Virus record (IMG/VR): IMGVR_UViG_3300005077_000208
Span: 1-25,132 of that record
Length of the DNA stretch: 25,132 bases
Source: a virus
Taxonomy: Duplodnaviria; Caudoviricetes
Direction: 5' to 3' (one strand)
Part shown: in pieces, positions 8,841 through 20,019 of the stretch
Layout of the letters: each line of letters begins with the position of its first letter
Numbering within the stretch: the first letter of the stretch is position 1
Translations under genes and position numbers: made by a program
Notes under the pieces: generated by a model
The model's database searches: none
The model's input: only the letters and a program-made list of their open reading frames with translations
What the model was told of the DNA's origin: nothing

Positions 8841-9836
8841 TTAACTTAGCAACTCATCCATTGATTTGGAATGGATGTCTGAATATTTTTTTGGAGGGAG
8901 TGTTTTCCCGCCAGGAGCGCCACCGCCACCCACCTTTGAGGCAAGTTTCTTTTGATCTATTACTGTATCTTTTTTCTCTTCCGTCTTTTCCCCTGGTTTG
9001 ATAGGTACGATCTTTCTGTCTTTTACCTGCCAAAGAGGTGTTCCAGGCTTATATCCATGCCCACCCCCAAATTCAGGTGCCACCTTAATCCATAATTCAT
9101 AAGCTTCTTTCATTGAAGTAAGGCCATTTGACGCTCCCATATTAGTTATCAAGTAATCTACAAGCTTTCCCTCCTGAGTTTTAGGATCAGCCACTTTTCC
9201 CTCCTTAGCCATTGTCTGCATTTCCTTGTCAAACTCTTTATTCTGGTTTTCGGCAATCTGTTTTTCTTCCTTTTCCAACTCCCTTAAAGCTTCCCTTATT
9301 TGAGGGGCTGTTCCTTTTAAAATTATATCCGGATGGTCTTGGAGATGCCTAACCACTTTAGTAAACGCATCGTTCCAGTCTTTAGGCTCCCTTTCTTTAG
9401 GGATAAACAATTTTCCCTCCTCATTTTTTTCGTACTTGATAAATTCGATTATCTTTTTTTCCTCTTCTTTTTCGTCTTTTTTAGTTCCGCCGGCATCTTT
9501 TATTTCCTTTTTCTTTTGTTCCACATACTCATCAATCTCTTTCTGTGTACTTAGCTTCTTCATCTCAAGCTTTTCCTCATCGGTTGGCTCATTTTTCTTT
9601 TTTTCCTCTTCCTCTTCCTTTTGTTTTGTCGCGGCCTCAGCCTCTTCTTTTTCCCTAGCTTCTTTTTCTTCAGGGGTTTCTGCCGGCTTTTCCTCAGGAA
9701 AGCCCTCCTCGGTAAGTTTTTCAAAGCGGACCTTTTCCTCATCATTCCATTTGTCCTTATTATCAAGGATTGTTTTTATATCATCAGGACGCAGTTCATC
9801 ATTGCCTTTAATTACGGCTAGTTCAAATTCATCCAT
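8841..9836 (-). CDS. Putative capsid scaffolding protein
   Basis: Highly charged Glu/Lys-rich, helical and low-complexity, with a Gly linker and a short C-terminal helix (…SKSMDELLS). Confidence 0.5.
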   Translation of the reverse strand: MDEFELAVIKGNDELRPDDIKTILDNKDKWNDEEKVRFEKLTEEGFPEEKPAETPEEKEAREKEEAEAATKQKEEEEEKKKNEPTDEEKLEMKKLSTQKEIDEYVEQKKKEIKDAGGTKKDEKEEEKKIIEFIKYEKNEEGKLFIPKEREPKDWNDAFTKVVRHLQDHPDIILKGTAPQIREALRELEKEEKQIAENQNKEFDKEMQTMAKEGKVADPKTQEGKLVDYLITNMGASNGLTSMKEAYELWIKVAPEFGGGHGYKPGTPLWQVKDRKIVPIKPGEKTEEKKDTVIDQKKLASKVGGGGAPGGKTLPPKKYSDIHSKSMDELLS

Positions 9837-10479
9837 TTATAGGGTAATCAAACTCTTTAACAAGCTCATCTACTGTCATATTTTCCACCTTGGCCATTGT
9901 TTTCTCATCAAGCTCCATGCCTAATTTACCTTTCGCGTAATCATATAGCTGTTGCCTGGTGACTACTTTAGGAGTGGTATCTGCCGGTTTTAAACCTTCA
10001 AACTCATCATCTTTATCTTCCGGCAATACAGTTTTATCTTCCTCATGGGTGACTATTTTTTCTTCCCTGGGAGCCTCATCAGGTGTAGGAGGGGCGAGAT
10101 TAGCTTTATTTTTGTTTCTTTTCAAATATTTATCTAAGTCAGACGGCCTGTTATATTTGTCTATATTCTCTATAGCCTGCCTTTCGGGAGATTTCATTTC
10201 AGGCGGATTTATTACATCAACATTAAGGATAATTTGAGACTGCAATTTTTCCCTTTCATTTATCTTGGCTGTGCTTATTTTGCGCTTGGACAGGATTTTA
10301 TCAATAAGATGTTTTACGGCCAATCGCGCTATGAAGTAAGGGATAACGACAACCTGGCCCGCCTGTAGTTGTCTTACATAAGCGTTATTGGGATCTGAGA
10401 TATTATATTCAATTACAAATTCTTCATTGTCAATATTTTTAATTGTCACCATGTCATAAAGACTTTGTTTGTTTTCCAT
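9829..10479 (-). CDS. Hypothetical phage protein with a small C-terminal helical domain
   Basis: 216-aa ORF translationally coupled on both sides. Confidence 0.6.
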   Translation of the reverse strand: MENKQSLYDMVTIKNIDNEEFVIEYNISDPNNAYVRQLQAGQVVVIPYFIARLAVKHLIDKILSKRKISTAKINEREKLQSQIILNVDVINPPEMKSPERQAIENIDKYNRPSDLDKYLKRNKNKANLAPPTPDEAPREEKIVTHEEDKTVLPEDKDDEFEGLKPADTTPKVVTRQQLYDYAKGKLGMELDEKTMAKVENMTVDELVKEFDYPING

Positions 10480-10721
10480 TAGCTTGTTGCCTTTTCTATT
10501 TCGGTTTTAGGCTTTTCCTCAGGAACTTTTAAAGGGCTGTTATCGACTAATTTAAAAATACGGAGTTCCGGCGTGATACCGCTTGAAGTTACTCTTAGTG
10601 CAGGTTGGAATACAAGACTTCTTTTTTTCAAAAGCGCGTCAAGTTCATTTTGAAATTCCGTTAATTCTTGGGGAGTTGGAGTGACTGCTTTTTTTGCGGG
10701 TGCTTGTGGTTTGTTGTCCAT
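10479..10721 (-). CDS. Hypothetical protein (80 aa)
   Basis: ORF directly after a promoter and operator hairpin; TAATG overlap with the next gene. Confidence 0.6.
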   Translation of the reverse strand: MDNKPQAPAKKAVTPTPQELTEFQNELDALLKKRSLVFQPALRVTSSGITPELRIFKLVDNSPLKVPEEKPKTEIEKATS

Positions 10722-10722
10722 A

Positions 10723-10777
10723 GGGTTTTCTATAACCTCAACATAAAAAGAATAAACTATATTTTAGATTTTGTCAA
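10723..10777 (-). promoter_or_regulatory. sigma70 promoter plus leader element copy 2 (GAGGTTATAGAAAACCC, 10739-10723) 1 nt before the ATG
   Basis: TTGACA (10777-10772), 17 nt, TATTCT (10754-10749), 9 nt, hairpin G-A-GGTT-ATAGAA-AACC-C, T, ATG. Confidence 0.7.
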
Positions 10778-10784
10778 GTGTAAT

Positions 10785-12341
10785 TCAAACTCTAAAATGT
10801 GAAGGAAACGGACTGACAATATCCAAATAAAGCTTGAAACACAAATCTCTGTCGCTATCATCCCCCCATGATCCCGAAACATTTGCGGAGAAATTACCTG
10901 GATGGGTTGGAGAGCTATTGTCATCCCCAACTATAAGGGCATTACCCTCGCTGCCGTTGTCATATTCAACTGAAAGGACATAATGAGTGCCGCTTTCAAG
11001 GATAAACTGCTGACCTGAGCTGAAATTAAATGTTTCAAGAGATAACGTGGGGTATTCTGACGAAAGAGTGGTAATATCGAAAGGATCGGAAACTGCTAGG
11101 GGAGCGCCTGTGGGGACGCTTGAAGTGCCGAAAGTTCCCGAATGGGCATAAATTTTGGCGTAAATGTTTCCAGTTGGAGATCCGAGCTTGCCTAAATAAA
11201 ACTGGGCGGCAGTAAACTTTGTCCCGATACCGGTAAATGACTGTCCCACTGCTAAATAATAATATCCTACAGTTTCAGTATAATTAGAATTACTTTCATC
11301 ATAACTGTCAATCATTGTATATTTGGGCGCATCCTCAAAAAGCCACCCATCATTATTGTCTGTATCTACTGAATGGCTACCCGCATACCATGTAGCTCCA
11401 CCTGTAGCATTGGAGTTTGAGATGTCAAGGTAATCACAACTGACTATTCCTGAAGATTTAGAGAGGGTGAATTGGGTTGGGGTTTCTGCATCAGTACTAT
11501 TTAAAGTAATTAGATTTCCAGCTGTAAAACTTGTAATAGTTTGAGTTTTATCAGCTTCAAATAAAACTAATAATCCAGCATCTATTTTAATATTATTGAA
11601 TGTATTGTCTCCGAAAACACTAACTTGGTCTGCCGCTATCCAAAGATTGTAATATGTTTTACCTCCATATAAAGAATTCTCAGAACCAGTAAATTTTATC
11701 GTTGATGTTTCGGATGTTATCGTTACAACTTCACCATTTAATTCTTCAATATACCAACCATCTAATTCCGATTCTGTTATCTCCCACGTCCCACTACCCA
11801 TAATAACTGTGGGGGTATATCCTGTATCGGCATAGAAGGAGAAGTGATTAGCAGTTACATTGTGGTCATTGGCATCAAAAGTACCGCTTTGTTGGTAAAA
11901 CAACCCTGTTATTCCTAAATCGTCCTGCAAAGTCCATGTTCCTTCTCCTTCTATACTAATATAACCACCAGTTAAAGTCGCACCAGCAATAGTAATTGTT
12001 TCTTCCGAATTAGAACTAAGAGCAATTCCTCCTCCACCAGTTATTAAATAAGTTAAACCACTTTCAAGAATTAAACTTCCAGAACAATTCAAACCATTAT
12101 TTTCACCTGATATCGTAAAAGTATGCCCTGATGAACAAGTAAAATCGTGAGATTGAATTGGTCCTCCACTATCAAGAGTTATAGTTCCTCCTCCTCCAAA
12201 TCCTGAATTAGAGTCTATAAAGACATCATCTGAGGAAGTAGGCAAATTTCCATTGCCAGGAGAACCGCCACTAGAAGTAGCCCAATGGTTGTCATCATCT
12301 GACCAGTCACCAGACGACCCCACCCAATATCGGTTTGCCAT
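10785..12341 (-). CDS. Beta-rich virion fibre/decoration protein (beta-solenoid N region plus C-terminal beta-sandwich)
   Basis: N-terminal ANRYWVG…W…P…DDVFID motif, Gly/Thr/Ser-rich beta repeats, and a C-terminal VGQSFTG…FYL…GSPTG domain. Confidence 0.55.
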   Translation of the reverse strand: MANRYWVGSSGDWSDDDNHWATSSGGSPGNGNLPTSSDDVFIDSNSGFGGGGTITLDSGGPIQSHDFTCSSGHTFTISGENNGLNCSGSLILESGLTYLITGGGGIALSSNSEETITIAGATLTGGYISIEGEGTWTLQDDLGITGLFYQQSGTFDANDHNVTANHFSFYADTGYTPTVIMGSGTWEITESELDGWYIEELNGEVVTITSETSTIKFTGSENSLYGGKTYYNLWIAADQVSVFGDNTFNNIKIDAGLLVLFEADKTQTITSFTAGNLITLNSTDAETPTQFTLSKSSGIVSCDYLDISNSNATGGATWYAGSHSVDTDNNDGWLFEDAPKYTMIDSYDESNSNYTETVGYYYLAVGQSFTGIGTKFTAAQFYLGKLGSPTGNIYAKIYAHSGTFGTSSVPTGAPLAVSDPFDITTLSSEYPTLSLETFNFSSGQQFILESGTHYVLSVEYDNGSEGNALIVGDDNSSPTHPGNFSANVSGSWGDDSDRDLCFKLYLDIVSPFPSHFRV

Positions 12342-13183
12342 TATATAAATATCACATCCGAATTATCAGCTAACTCGGCAATTTTTAACCATGTTTTCTT
12401 GTTTTTAGGCCAACTCATCTCGGCCATAAGAATATGGGCTTTCTTCATGTTCACGTTGATCTCAAGGGCTTTAAGGCATGATTCCCTAGCCTCGCCACCT
12501 CGGTTTGTATACCATAAACACTTGGCACGGTAGTAATATCCTTCGGCTTTTTCAGGGAGCCATGTTGACACTTTAAGATAGGCGTCAAATGCCTCTATCG
12601 CCTCGTTGTACTTTTTAAGATCAAGGTATTCTTTTCCTAAATAAAATAGAGTCCTTGGCGTCTTATCCATAGATTTTAGGATTTTAAGGTTCCGTTCGGG
12701 ATCTTTTTTGTGATTGACACTATATCCGCACTCACGCTCAATGTCCACGTTCTCGTTTTCCAAGATATTAAGATTTTCGTGGACCTTGCCAACCCAAAAG
12801 ATATCTGGGTCGTTTTTGAATATGACCTTGCGCCAATGCCAGTTTTTGCCTGACTTGCTCTTAATTGAAAGCGCCCTTTTCTTGGCCTTGCCTATGATCT
12901 CTTTGACCTTTGAGATGGGAGTTAAAAGTCTATGGTCAGCGTCAATGGATAAGATAAAATCCCCCGTAGCCTTACCCTTAGCATGGTTTCTAGCCTCAGC
13001 GAAATTATCATTCCATTTGTAGTCGGTAAAGACCTTATCAGTGTACTTTTTGGCTATTTCAATCGTCTTGTCAGTAGAACCCGTATCACATACGATTATC
13101 TCGTCAGCCCCCTTTATGGAGTCAAGGCAATGGGTAAGTATTTCCTCTTCGTTTTTGACTATTAAAACACATGAAAGGCGCAT
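12341..13183 (-). CDS. Family 2 glycosyltransferase with C-terminal TPR repeats
   Basis: IVKNEE, DEIIVCDTGSTDKT, FAEARN, SIDAD (DxD) and VHE motifs; TPR-like LFYLGKEY…EAIEAF…YYYRAKCL. Confidence 0.9.
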   Translation of the reverse strand: MRLSCVLIVKNEEEILTHCLDSIKGADEIIVCDTGSTDKTIEIAKKYTDKVFTDYKWNDNFAEARNHAKGKATGDFILSIDADHRLLTPISKVKEIIGKAKKRALSIKSKSGKNWHWRKVIFKNDPDIFWVGKVHENLNILENENVDIERECGYSVNHKKDPERNLKILKSMDKTPRTLFYLGKEYLDLKKYNEAIEAFDAYLKVSTWLPEKAEGYYYRAKCLWYTNRGGEARESCLKALEINVNMKKAHILMAEMSWPKNKKTWLKIAELADNSDVIFI

Positions 13184-13188
13184 ATTTT

Positions 13189-13197
13189 ATTATAGCA
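13189..13197 (-). promoter_or_regulatory. Extended -10 promoter giving a leaderless glycosyltransferase mRNA
   Basis: TGcTATAAT, 5 nt, ATG (13183). A TTGACA at 13227-13222 is 27 nt away, too far to be its -35. Confidence 0.6.
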
Positions 13198-13231
13198 TTT
13201 TCTTATAGAGTTATAATTTGTTGTCAAATTT

Positions 13232-15127
<1,896 letters not shown>

Positions 15128-15135
15128 TTTATTAC

Positions 15136-15186
15136 AAAAAAAGCCCACCTAACTGGTGGGCATACTGTGCCTCTATTATCAGTTTA
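15136..15186 (-). promoter_or_regulatory. Leader element copy 3: operator hairpin GAGGCACAGTATGCCC (15173-15158) overlapping stem GCCCACC-AGTTA-GGTGGGC plus U7
   Basis: Direct reading. -10-like TAAACT (15186-15181) lies 7 nt upstream, and ATG 15127 lies 8 nt after the U-tract. Confidence 0.75.
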
Positions 15187-15190
15187 CTAT

Positions 15191-16114
15191 TTATTTTCTT
15201 AAACTTCCATACCGTATTCTTTCTGACTGTTTTTGGACTACTTCAATCCTCTTTTCCAAAACAGCGCGATCCGTTTTTAATTGCTTTTCTTTGATACTAA
15301 CCGTCTTTTCTCGGTCCTTCAATATAGCCAATTGCCTATCAACGCCTTTCAGTTTATTGTCAATATCCGTCCTTATCTTATCTATCTTTTCCTTTTGGTT
15401 TTTGACATATACGTCCACGTTAAATTTATCATCAAGAGCTTTTTCCTTTATGTTTTCCGCGTCTTTTAAGGCTTTATCGGTCTTATTTGATTTTTCTTCC
15501 ATTTCCTTGCTTAAAGCTTCCAACTTTGAATAATCATTATTTATACCCCCCCTGAGTATATTTATCTGGATTTTATCTATGTTATTGGCTTCGGTTATTT
15601 GCTTTAGCTCCTCTTCTTTATTTTTTAATTTAGAGGCTATGCTTTCCAGCCTCCTAGCCTTTCCATGAAGCTCGACTCCTTTTTCTTTCAATGCCTCTTT
15701 TTCTTTATTTATCTGTTTCTGATGCTCCTTAAATTTGTTATTAACATACTCATCGCTGTTTTCCCTTAAAGTCTGTATTTCTATATTCAGTTTACTTAAA
15801 TTTACCCTTTTCTCTTCCAATTGCCTATCAAGATCATATACCTGTTTTTTGACTATTAAATAATCGCCCCTTGCTTGCTTTAGGGCATTATTGCCGCGAT
15901 CCAGGGCATCTTGTAACTTCTTGGTCTTGTTTTCAATCAAATTAAGCTTTATTTGGGCAGTATTTAATGTGTTCATTGAAGGAGATCGGGCAGACATATC
16001 CATTAACTTATCTTTCCTTACATTATTAAGATGCTCTAAGTCAGAAAGAAGTTTTTTCTTTTTCCTTTCAAGTAGCTTTACCTCTATGGCTATGGGTTCC
16101 TCCTGGGGATACAT
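15191..16114 (-). CDS. Long coiled-coil hypothetical protein
   Basis: Lys/Glu/Leu heptad character over almost the full length. Confidence 0.65.
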   Translation of the reverse strand: MYPQEEPIAIEVKLLERKKKKLLSDLEHLNNVRKDKLMDMSARSPSMNTLNTAQIKLNLIENKTKKLQDALDRGNNALKQARGDYLIVKKQVYDLDRQLEEKRVNLSKLNIEIQTLRENSDEYVNNKFKEHQKQINKEKEALKEKGVELHGKARRLESIASKLKNKEEELKQITEANNIDKIQINILRGGINNDYSKLEALSKEMEEKSNKTDKALKDAENIKEKALDDKFNVDVYVKNQKEKIDKIRTDIDNKLKGVDRQLAILKDREKTVSIKEKQLKTDRAVLEKRIEVVQKQSERIRYGSLRK

Positions 16115-16131
16115 AGATAAGGTATCCTAAA

Positions 16132-16635
16132 TTAGTTTGATGACGGCTCTACATTTCCATTACTAGAGATAGGATTCCAGATGCAATAAAAATCAATTAC
16201 TCCGGCTGTGGTATTGGCTCCCCCCGATACCGTAAGAATAATATCCGTTCCGTTTAAAAGGTACTCAGGTAAGTTTCCGCTGGCATCGTTTTCAAGACCT
16301 AGTATGTAGGCTGTAGCCGGATTGGCATTATTAAGCCAAATCTCGCCTGCGTCAATGTCCGTATCGGTTTCTTGAGGTAAAAATATCGCCGTATTCCCGC
16401 TAATTCCAACCTCTAAAGTAGCTCCGCCGGCCAGTAAAGTAGTGCAGACTCCTAAAACTTGAGCCTTGACTAGTCCTGTAACCTCAAATATTGCCCCTCC
16501 ATCTAAAGCTCCTCCATCATCCCCCCATGCATCAGTAGTCCCTCCTGCGAAGGTAACAGTTTTTTTGGTAATAAGACCTAAGTTTGAGATAGCCTTGTAG
16601 TTGGCATCTACATATTGAGCCTTTGATGTTTTCAT
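16132..16635 (-). CDS. Putative capsid decoration/structural beta-sandwich protein
   Basis: Gly/Thr/Ala-rich beta pattern within the head cluster. Confidence 0.5.
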   Translation of the reverse strand: MKTSKAQYVDANYKAISNLGLITKKTVTFAGGTTDAWGDDGGALDGGAIFEVTGLVKAQVLGVCTTLLAGGATLEVGISGNTAIFLPQETDTDIDAGEIWLNNANPATAYILGLENDASGNLPEYLLNGTDIILTVSGGANTTAGVIDFYCIWNPISSNGNVEPSSN

Positions 16636-16636
16636 A

Positions 16637-16876
16637 TTATTTTTTCAAGCTAACTTTTATATTCTTAACTCCACCATTTTCTTCGTAAATTTTTCTTATC
16701 AAGGCCATCAATTCCATAAAATACCCTAAAGTGGGGTGATTCAATGGCTCTGAAGTGCTTTCGATTTTATAGCTGGCCTTCTCATCTGTATCAAATTCAC
16801 ACTCCCCCTTAATAAAATCAGATCCATCTTTATTTATTTCAAACTTGAATGTATGGGTAAACTGATCTATGGGCAT
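16637..16876 (-). CDS. Hypothetical protein (79 aa) with its own leaderless promoter
   Basis: ORF plus a promoter immediately upstream. Confidence 0.6.
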   Translation of the reverse strand: MPIDQFTHTFKFEINKDGSDFIKGECEFDTDEKASYKIESTSEPLNHPTLGYFMELMALIRKIYEENGGVKNIKVSLKK

Positions 16877-16881
16877 ACTAC

Positions 16882-16911
16882 ATTATGACACTTTAAAGGA
16901 GGAAAAGTCAA
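16882..16911 (-). promoter_or_regulatory. sigma70 promoter giving a leaderless mRNA
   Basis: TTGACT (16911-16906), 18 nt ending TGt, CATAAT (16887-16882), 5 nt, ATG 16876. Confidence 0.6.
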
Positions 16912-16924
16912 GAGGATCAAGCTA

Positions 16925-17905
16925 TTAAGCATTATTAACCGCCAATCCTGCATAAGTGCCAGGATTAGTGTCAATAACCTGAGGGAACCAGACATGGCCT
17001 GAGGCTGTACCTTCAATATCATCACAGCCTACAAAAGTATTATAACCATCAAAAATCATATTTGCCGTTTGAGTCTGGGCTGAAATATCAATCGCGGCAG
17101 TAATTTTATCCGCCGCATTAGTCCACTGAGCTATAAAAGTATTTCCCTTAAATAAATTCCATCCTGAACATCCATCCGCCCCTGCTGACTTAATAAATAA
17201 AGCCCCGACATTATCAGGCTGAATATTAAAGATACAATTTTCCCAAACATTTTTAGATGATGAAGAATTAAATCCAAGACAAGCATTAGCAGCTGATCTT
17301 GGGGCTGTATCTAGTCCAAATGCACAGCCTTCAAAAGTATTTTCAACAGCACCCGTCATATTAAGATCCCTTCCCGTAGCATCGTCTCCTGCAGTCGCTG
17401 TACCAAGACCTGCAAAATGAACATTTGAGAAATAATTTCTGTCTCCGGTAAGTTCTACCAAAACATCAACCGAATCCTGGAATGAGGCAAACTGTATATT
17501 TGAAAAAATACAACCTCTAGCTGAAATAGTAAATGCTGGATCAACTGAATCCGTAGTCATTAAAACTCTCGATCTTTGTGAAAGTCTAACAGGACCGGTA
17601 TTACCGATAAGGTGACAATAATCCTTGCTCCATGTAACTGCGGCTGTTTCGGAAGTTCCCGCCGTACTGCCAGGGACTAGGATTGCAACATCGTGATTAT
17701 AAGCAGTCATCGCATCATGGGCTGCGGCAATTGTAGCAAAGGCCCTATTAACGCTTTTCCCGTTATTTGCTGTATCTGAACCGTTGGCAGGATCAATATA
17801 AAAAATGTTGCCAATATAAGGAAGCCCAAGCATTGTTGCCAAATTCTCTGGAAAAACTTTATATCCCTGCTTCCAAGCTCTTTGTACGTCAGCAATATTT
17901 TTCAT
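16925..17905 (-). CDS. Right-handed beta-helix (pectin lyase-like) virion protein
   Basis: FYIDPANGSD…N-G-x-S…AFATIAAA start motif and repeated N-x-F-x-(G/N)C-x-F coils. Confidence 0.7.
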   Translation of the reverse strand: MKNIADVQRAWKQGYKVFPENLATMLGLPYIGNIFYIDPANGSDTANNGKSVNRAFATIAAAHDAMTAYNHDVAILVPGSTAGTSETAAVTWSKDYCHLIGNTGPVRLSQRSRVLMTTDSVDPAFTISARGCIFSNIQFASFQDSVDVLVELTGDRNYFSNVHFAGLGTATAGDDATGRDLNMTGAVENTFEGCAFGLDTAPRSAANACLGFNSSSSKNVWENCIFNIQPDNVGALFIKSAGADGCSGWNLFKGNTFIAQWTNAADKITAAIDISAQTQTANMIFDGYNTFVGCDDIEGTASGHVWFPQVIDTNPGTYAGLAVNNA

Positions 17906-17908
17906 AAT

Positions 17909-18049
17909 TTATCTTTTCTTGGCTTGCTCGGCCTCTTTAACTAAATGATAATCAGGATGATCTGGGTTTTGTCTTAAAAAATTAAGATTATATCCTTTAT
18001 ACATTTTGTCTGCATTTTTAACTTCTTTTTTATCTTTATTTTTTGCCAT
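17909..18049 (-). CDS. 46-aa basic hypothetical protein (MAKNKDKKEVKNADKMYKGYNLNFLRQNPDHPDYHLVKEAEQAKKR)
   Basis: Hand translation; fills the gap and stops 3 nt before the next ATG. Confidence 0.65.
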   Translation of the reverse strand: MAKNKDKKEVKNADKMYKGYNLNFLRQNPDHPDYHLVKEAEQAKKR

Positions 18050-18053
18050 GTTT

Positions 18054-18107
18054 AAAAAAAGCCTCTATACCTCTGCCTACTATAACTTCAAGCAAAGGCC
18101 GAGGCTT
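18054..18107 (-). terminator. Long bulged hairpin plus U-tract after the capsid/decoration genes
   Basis: AAGCCTC…GAGGCTT outer stem, GCCTTTGCTT/AGGCAGAGGT inner stem with G-U pairs, and a U7 run. Confidence 0.6.
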
Positions 18108-18122
18108 ATTGAACAAATAACC

Positions 18123-18848
18123 TTAATCAATCTGCAAATGTACCAATCCCATCGTGCTGTCAACCGATACGACTTCTCTTGCAAATCCGATGACAATTCC
18201 ACCTTCTCCACCGGACTGGGGTTTGACTGAGCCTGCAACTGCGGCTGACGGTCCAACTCCCGTAACTCCGTTTGATGTATTGGTTCCGGTATCAAATAGA
18301 CATGGACAATCTCCGCCTGATTGAATCCAGCCGTAGTAGGAAGCTGTCATTGCGTATAAAGCTACTCCTACCGCGCCACCCGTTTGGGTAGTTATAGGAT
18401 ATTGGATAACTCCGTTATAAGGATTCTTTCTTACCGTAACCTGTGACGTAGCGTCAACCAGGGCGATTTTAAGCGGTCTATCAACTTTAAAGGTACATAC
18501 TCCGCTTGTACTGGACTGCACGTCATGGCTGACAATTCTAAAGTGCTGTCCGATTCCCGTTGAGGACTCAACGTAAAGGTGTCCGTTGGCAAACAATCCT
18601 GCGGTAACTGCTGTTCCACCCAATGTAACCGAGATTTCATCATCACCTATTGCAGGAGTACCTGATACGGCCATTGATCTGAAGTTGGTATCTTCCGCCG
18701 GTTCCTGAAGCAAGTTGCCTGTAACTAAGGCAGCAGATGCGCCATTTTTTACATAGCGGTATTTATCACCCTCTGGAGAGATATATAATTCCCCAACTTT
18801 GTGCTGTGCGTATTGGCTTTCAGTAAATAAATCTTGTAGTGGTCCCAT
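18123..18848 (-). CDS. Capsid decoration/cement protein
   Basis: Immediately after the capsid gene; G-x-x-YRYVK and YYGWIQ-x-GG motifs typical of such proteins. Confidence 0.6.
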   Translation of the reverse strand: MGPLQDLFTESQYAQHKVGELYISPEGDKYRYVKNGASAALVTGNLLQEPAEDTNFRSMAVSGTPAIGDDEISVTLGGTAVTAGLFANGHLYVESSTGIGQHFRIVSHDVQSSTSGVCTFKVDRPLKIALVDATSQVTVRKNPYNGVIQYPITTQTGGAVGVALYAMTASYYGWIQSGGDCPCLFDTGTNTSNGVTGVGPSAAVAGSVKPQSGGEGGIVIGFAREVVSVDSTMGLVHLQID

Positions 18849-18850
18849 AA

Positions 18851-19921
18851 TTAGACTCCTAATACTCCAGTCAAGACTCCTTGTCTCCGAGGCTGGAAGG
18901 TAACCAAGTTACCCAACATGTAAATATGTGCGACTGTTCCGTAAACATCCGTAGGTTGCAAGAAACCCGTCCATTGGAAACCGGTATTGTCTGTCGGAGC
19001 CTCATCATAAACTCCCTCGACAGTTGATCCGGCTCCCAAGGCAATAGATTTCAAATCCGGATCTTTGATACCGTACCAATCTATATAGTTTTCATTGACA
19101 GCGTAAAAATATTGACTCGTACATTTCTCATCAGCTACCCAGGGGATGCCCTTGATAACCATTGAGGTAAATCCCTGTGCGCCTTTAAGTGCGGCGGCAG
19201 GAACAACACCCTTGCTTCTTCGTGTAACCATCGGCAGTCCGTTTGCATCGTAGTTGGCCTGAACTATTGGAGTAAGCAGGCTTTCCCCGTCATTCCAAAC
19301 TGTCTCATCGGAAATAAAGATAGTTGGTCTTTGGCGTGAGGCTGAACCTCCGGAAACCGCCGAGACTAGGGTTGAGATTTTAGTAAGATCAATCGTCCCT
19401 CCTGAAGCCGTTTTAGTACCGGCAAGGGAAGGATATGTGGTTTTTGAAAGTCCACCTACAGTGTCAGAGACCGTTCCATCATCGACTAAGTATTTAAGAC
19501 CGTAGAAATCTTTTGAGTCGTTGCCGGTCCCATCGGCATAGAACATTGTTCCAATATCATCCAAAGCGTCCTCTTGGGACGATTCGAGTTCAACTCTTAC
19601 TAAGCTAATAACCTGGGCATCAGTCTGGTTGACAACCCTTTCAAGTCCTGGGATTGCCACCGGAATTTCGTAACCGCGAAGATCATATTGCATCATTCTA
19701 CGAGTATCTGCAGTAGCGGTAGAATGTTTATCCATGCCGGAGAATGATCCACCATGAGTATTTTTGAATAGTTTAACAGGCTTTTTCAAGGTTTCACCGG
19801 ACCATTTAAGTCCGTTTGACATAAAACGGAAGGTAGAAAAGTTATCGGAAAGCAAATTGTCAACAACTTTCGGGAGGATTTTATCCTGGGTTATTGTGGT
19901 AACTCTGTTTGAAAAATACAT
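18851..19921 (-). CDS. Major capsid protein (probable start MYFSNRV at 19921, 356 aa)
   Basis: Size, position after the portal, HK97-type features (…FYADGTGN…FYGL…, IKGIPWVADEKC, terminal PRRQGVLTGV). The ORF-track start at 19960 lies inside the leader hairpin. Confidence 0.85.
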   Translation of the reverse strand: MYFSNRVTTITQDKILPKVVDNLLSDNFSTFRFMSNGLKWSGETLKKPVKLFKNTHGGSFSGMDKHSTATADTRRMMQYDLRGYEIPVAIPGLERVVNQTDAQVISLVRVELESSQEDALDDIGTMFYADGTGNDSKDFYGLKYLVDDGTVSDTVGGLSKTTYPSLAGTKTASGGTIDLTKISTLVSAVSGGSASRQRPTIFISDETVWNDGESLLTPIVQANYDANGLPMVTRRSKGVVPAAALKGAQGFTSMVIKGIPWVADEKCTSQYFYAVNENYIDWYGIKDPDLKSIALGAGSTVEGVYDEAPTDNTGFQWTGFLQPTDVYGTVAHIYMLGNLVTFQPRRQGVLTGVLGV

Positions 19922-19928
19922 ATAATTT

Positions 19929-20006
19929 AAAAAAAAGCCCACCCAACTTCGGGTGAGCATTCTGTGCTTCTAATTAAAAAGTATCAGATAGAAAACTGTT
20001 TGTCAA
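19929..20006 (-). promoter_or_regulatory. Capsid promoter plus leader element copy 4: GAAGCACAGAATGCTC (19970-19955) overlapping stem GCTCACCC-GAAGTT-GGGTGGGC plus U8
   Basis: TTGACA (20006-20001), 17 nt ending TGa, TACTTT (19983-19978), 7 nt, operator, terminator-like stem, 7 nt, ATG. Confidence 0.8.
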
Positions 20007-20019
20007 GGGGTATTTTGAA

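Noticed and set aside
9333-9924. Plus-strand Phe/Ser-rich ORFs (up to 162 aa)
   Set aside because: These are antisense shadows of the Glu/Lys-rich gene, with no expression signals seen.
16895-16902. Plus-strand AAAGGAGG Shine-Dalgarno-like sequence
   Set aside because: No start codon at a suitable distance, and it is the spacer of a minus-strand promoter.
19922-19960. In-frame upstream ATG extending the capsid (MLTRSWVGFFLNY), and the GTG start at 15148
   Set aside because: Both run through the terminator stem and U-tract. The ATG is not conserved among copies (ATAC in copy 1, a 4-codon ORF in copy 3), so these are likely mis-called starts rather than leader peptides.
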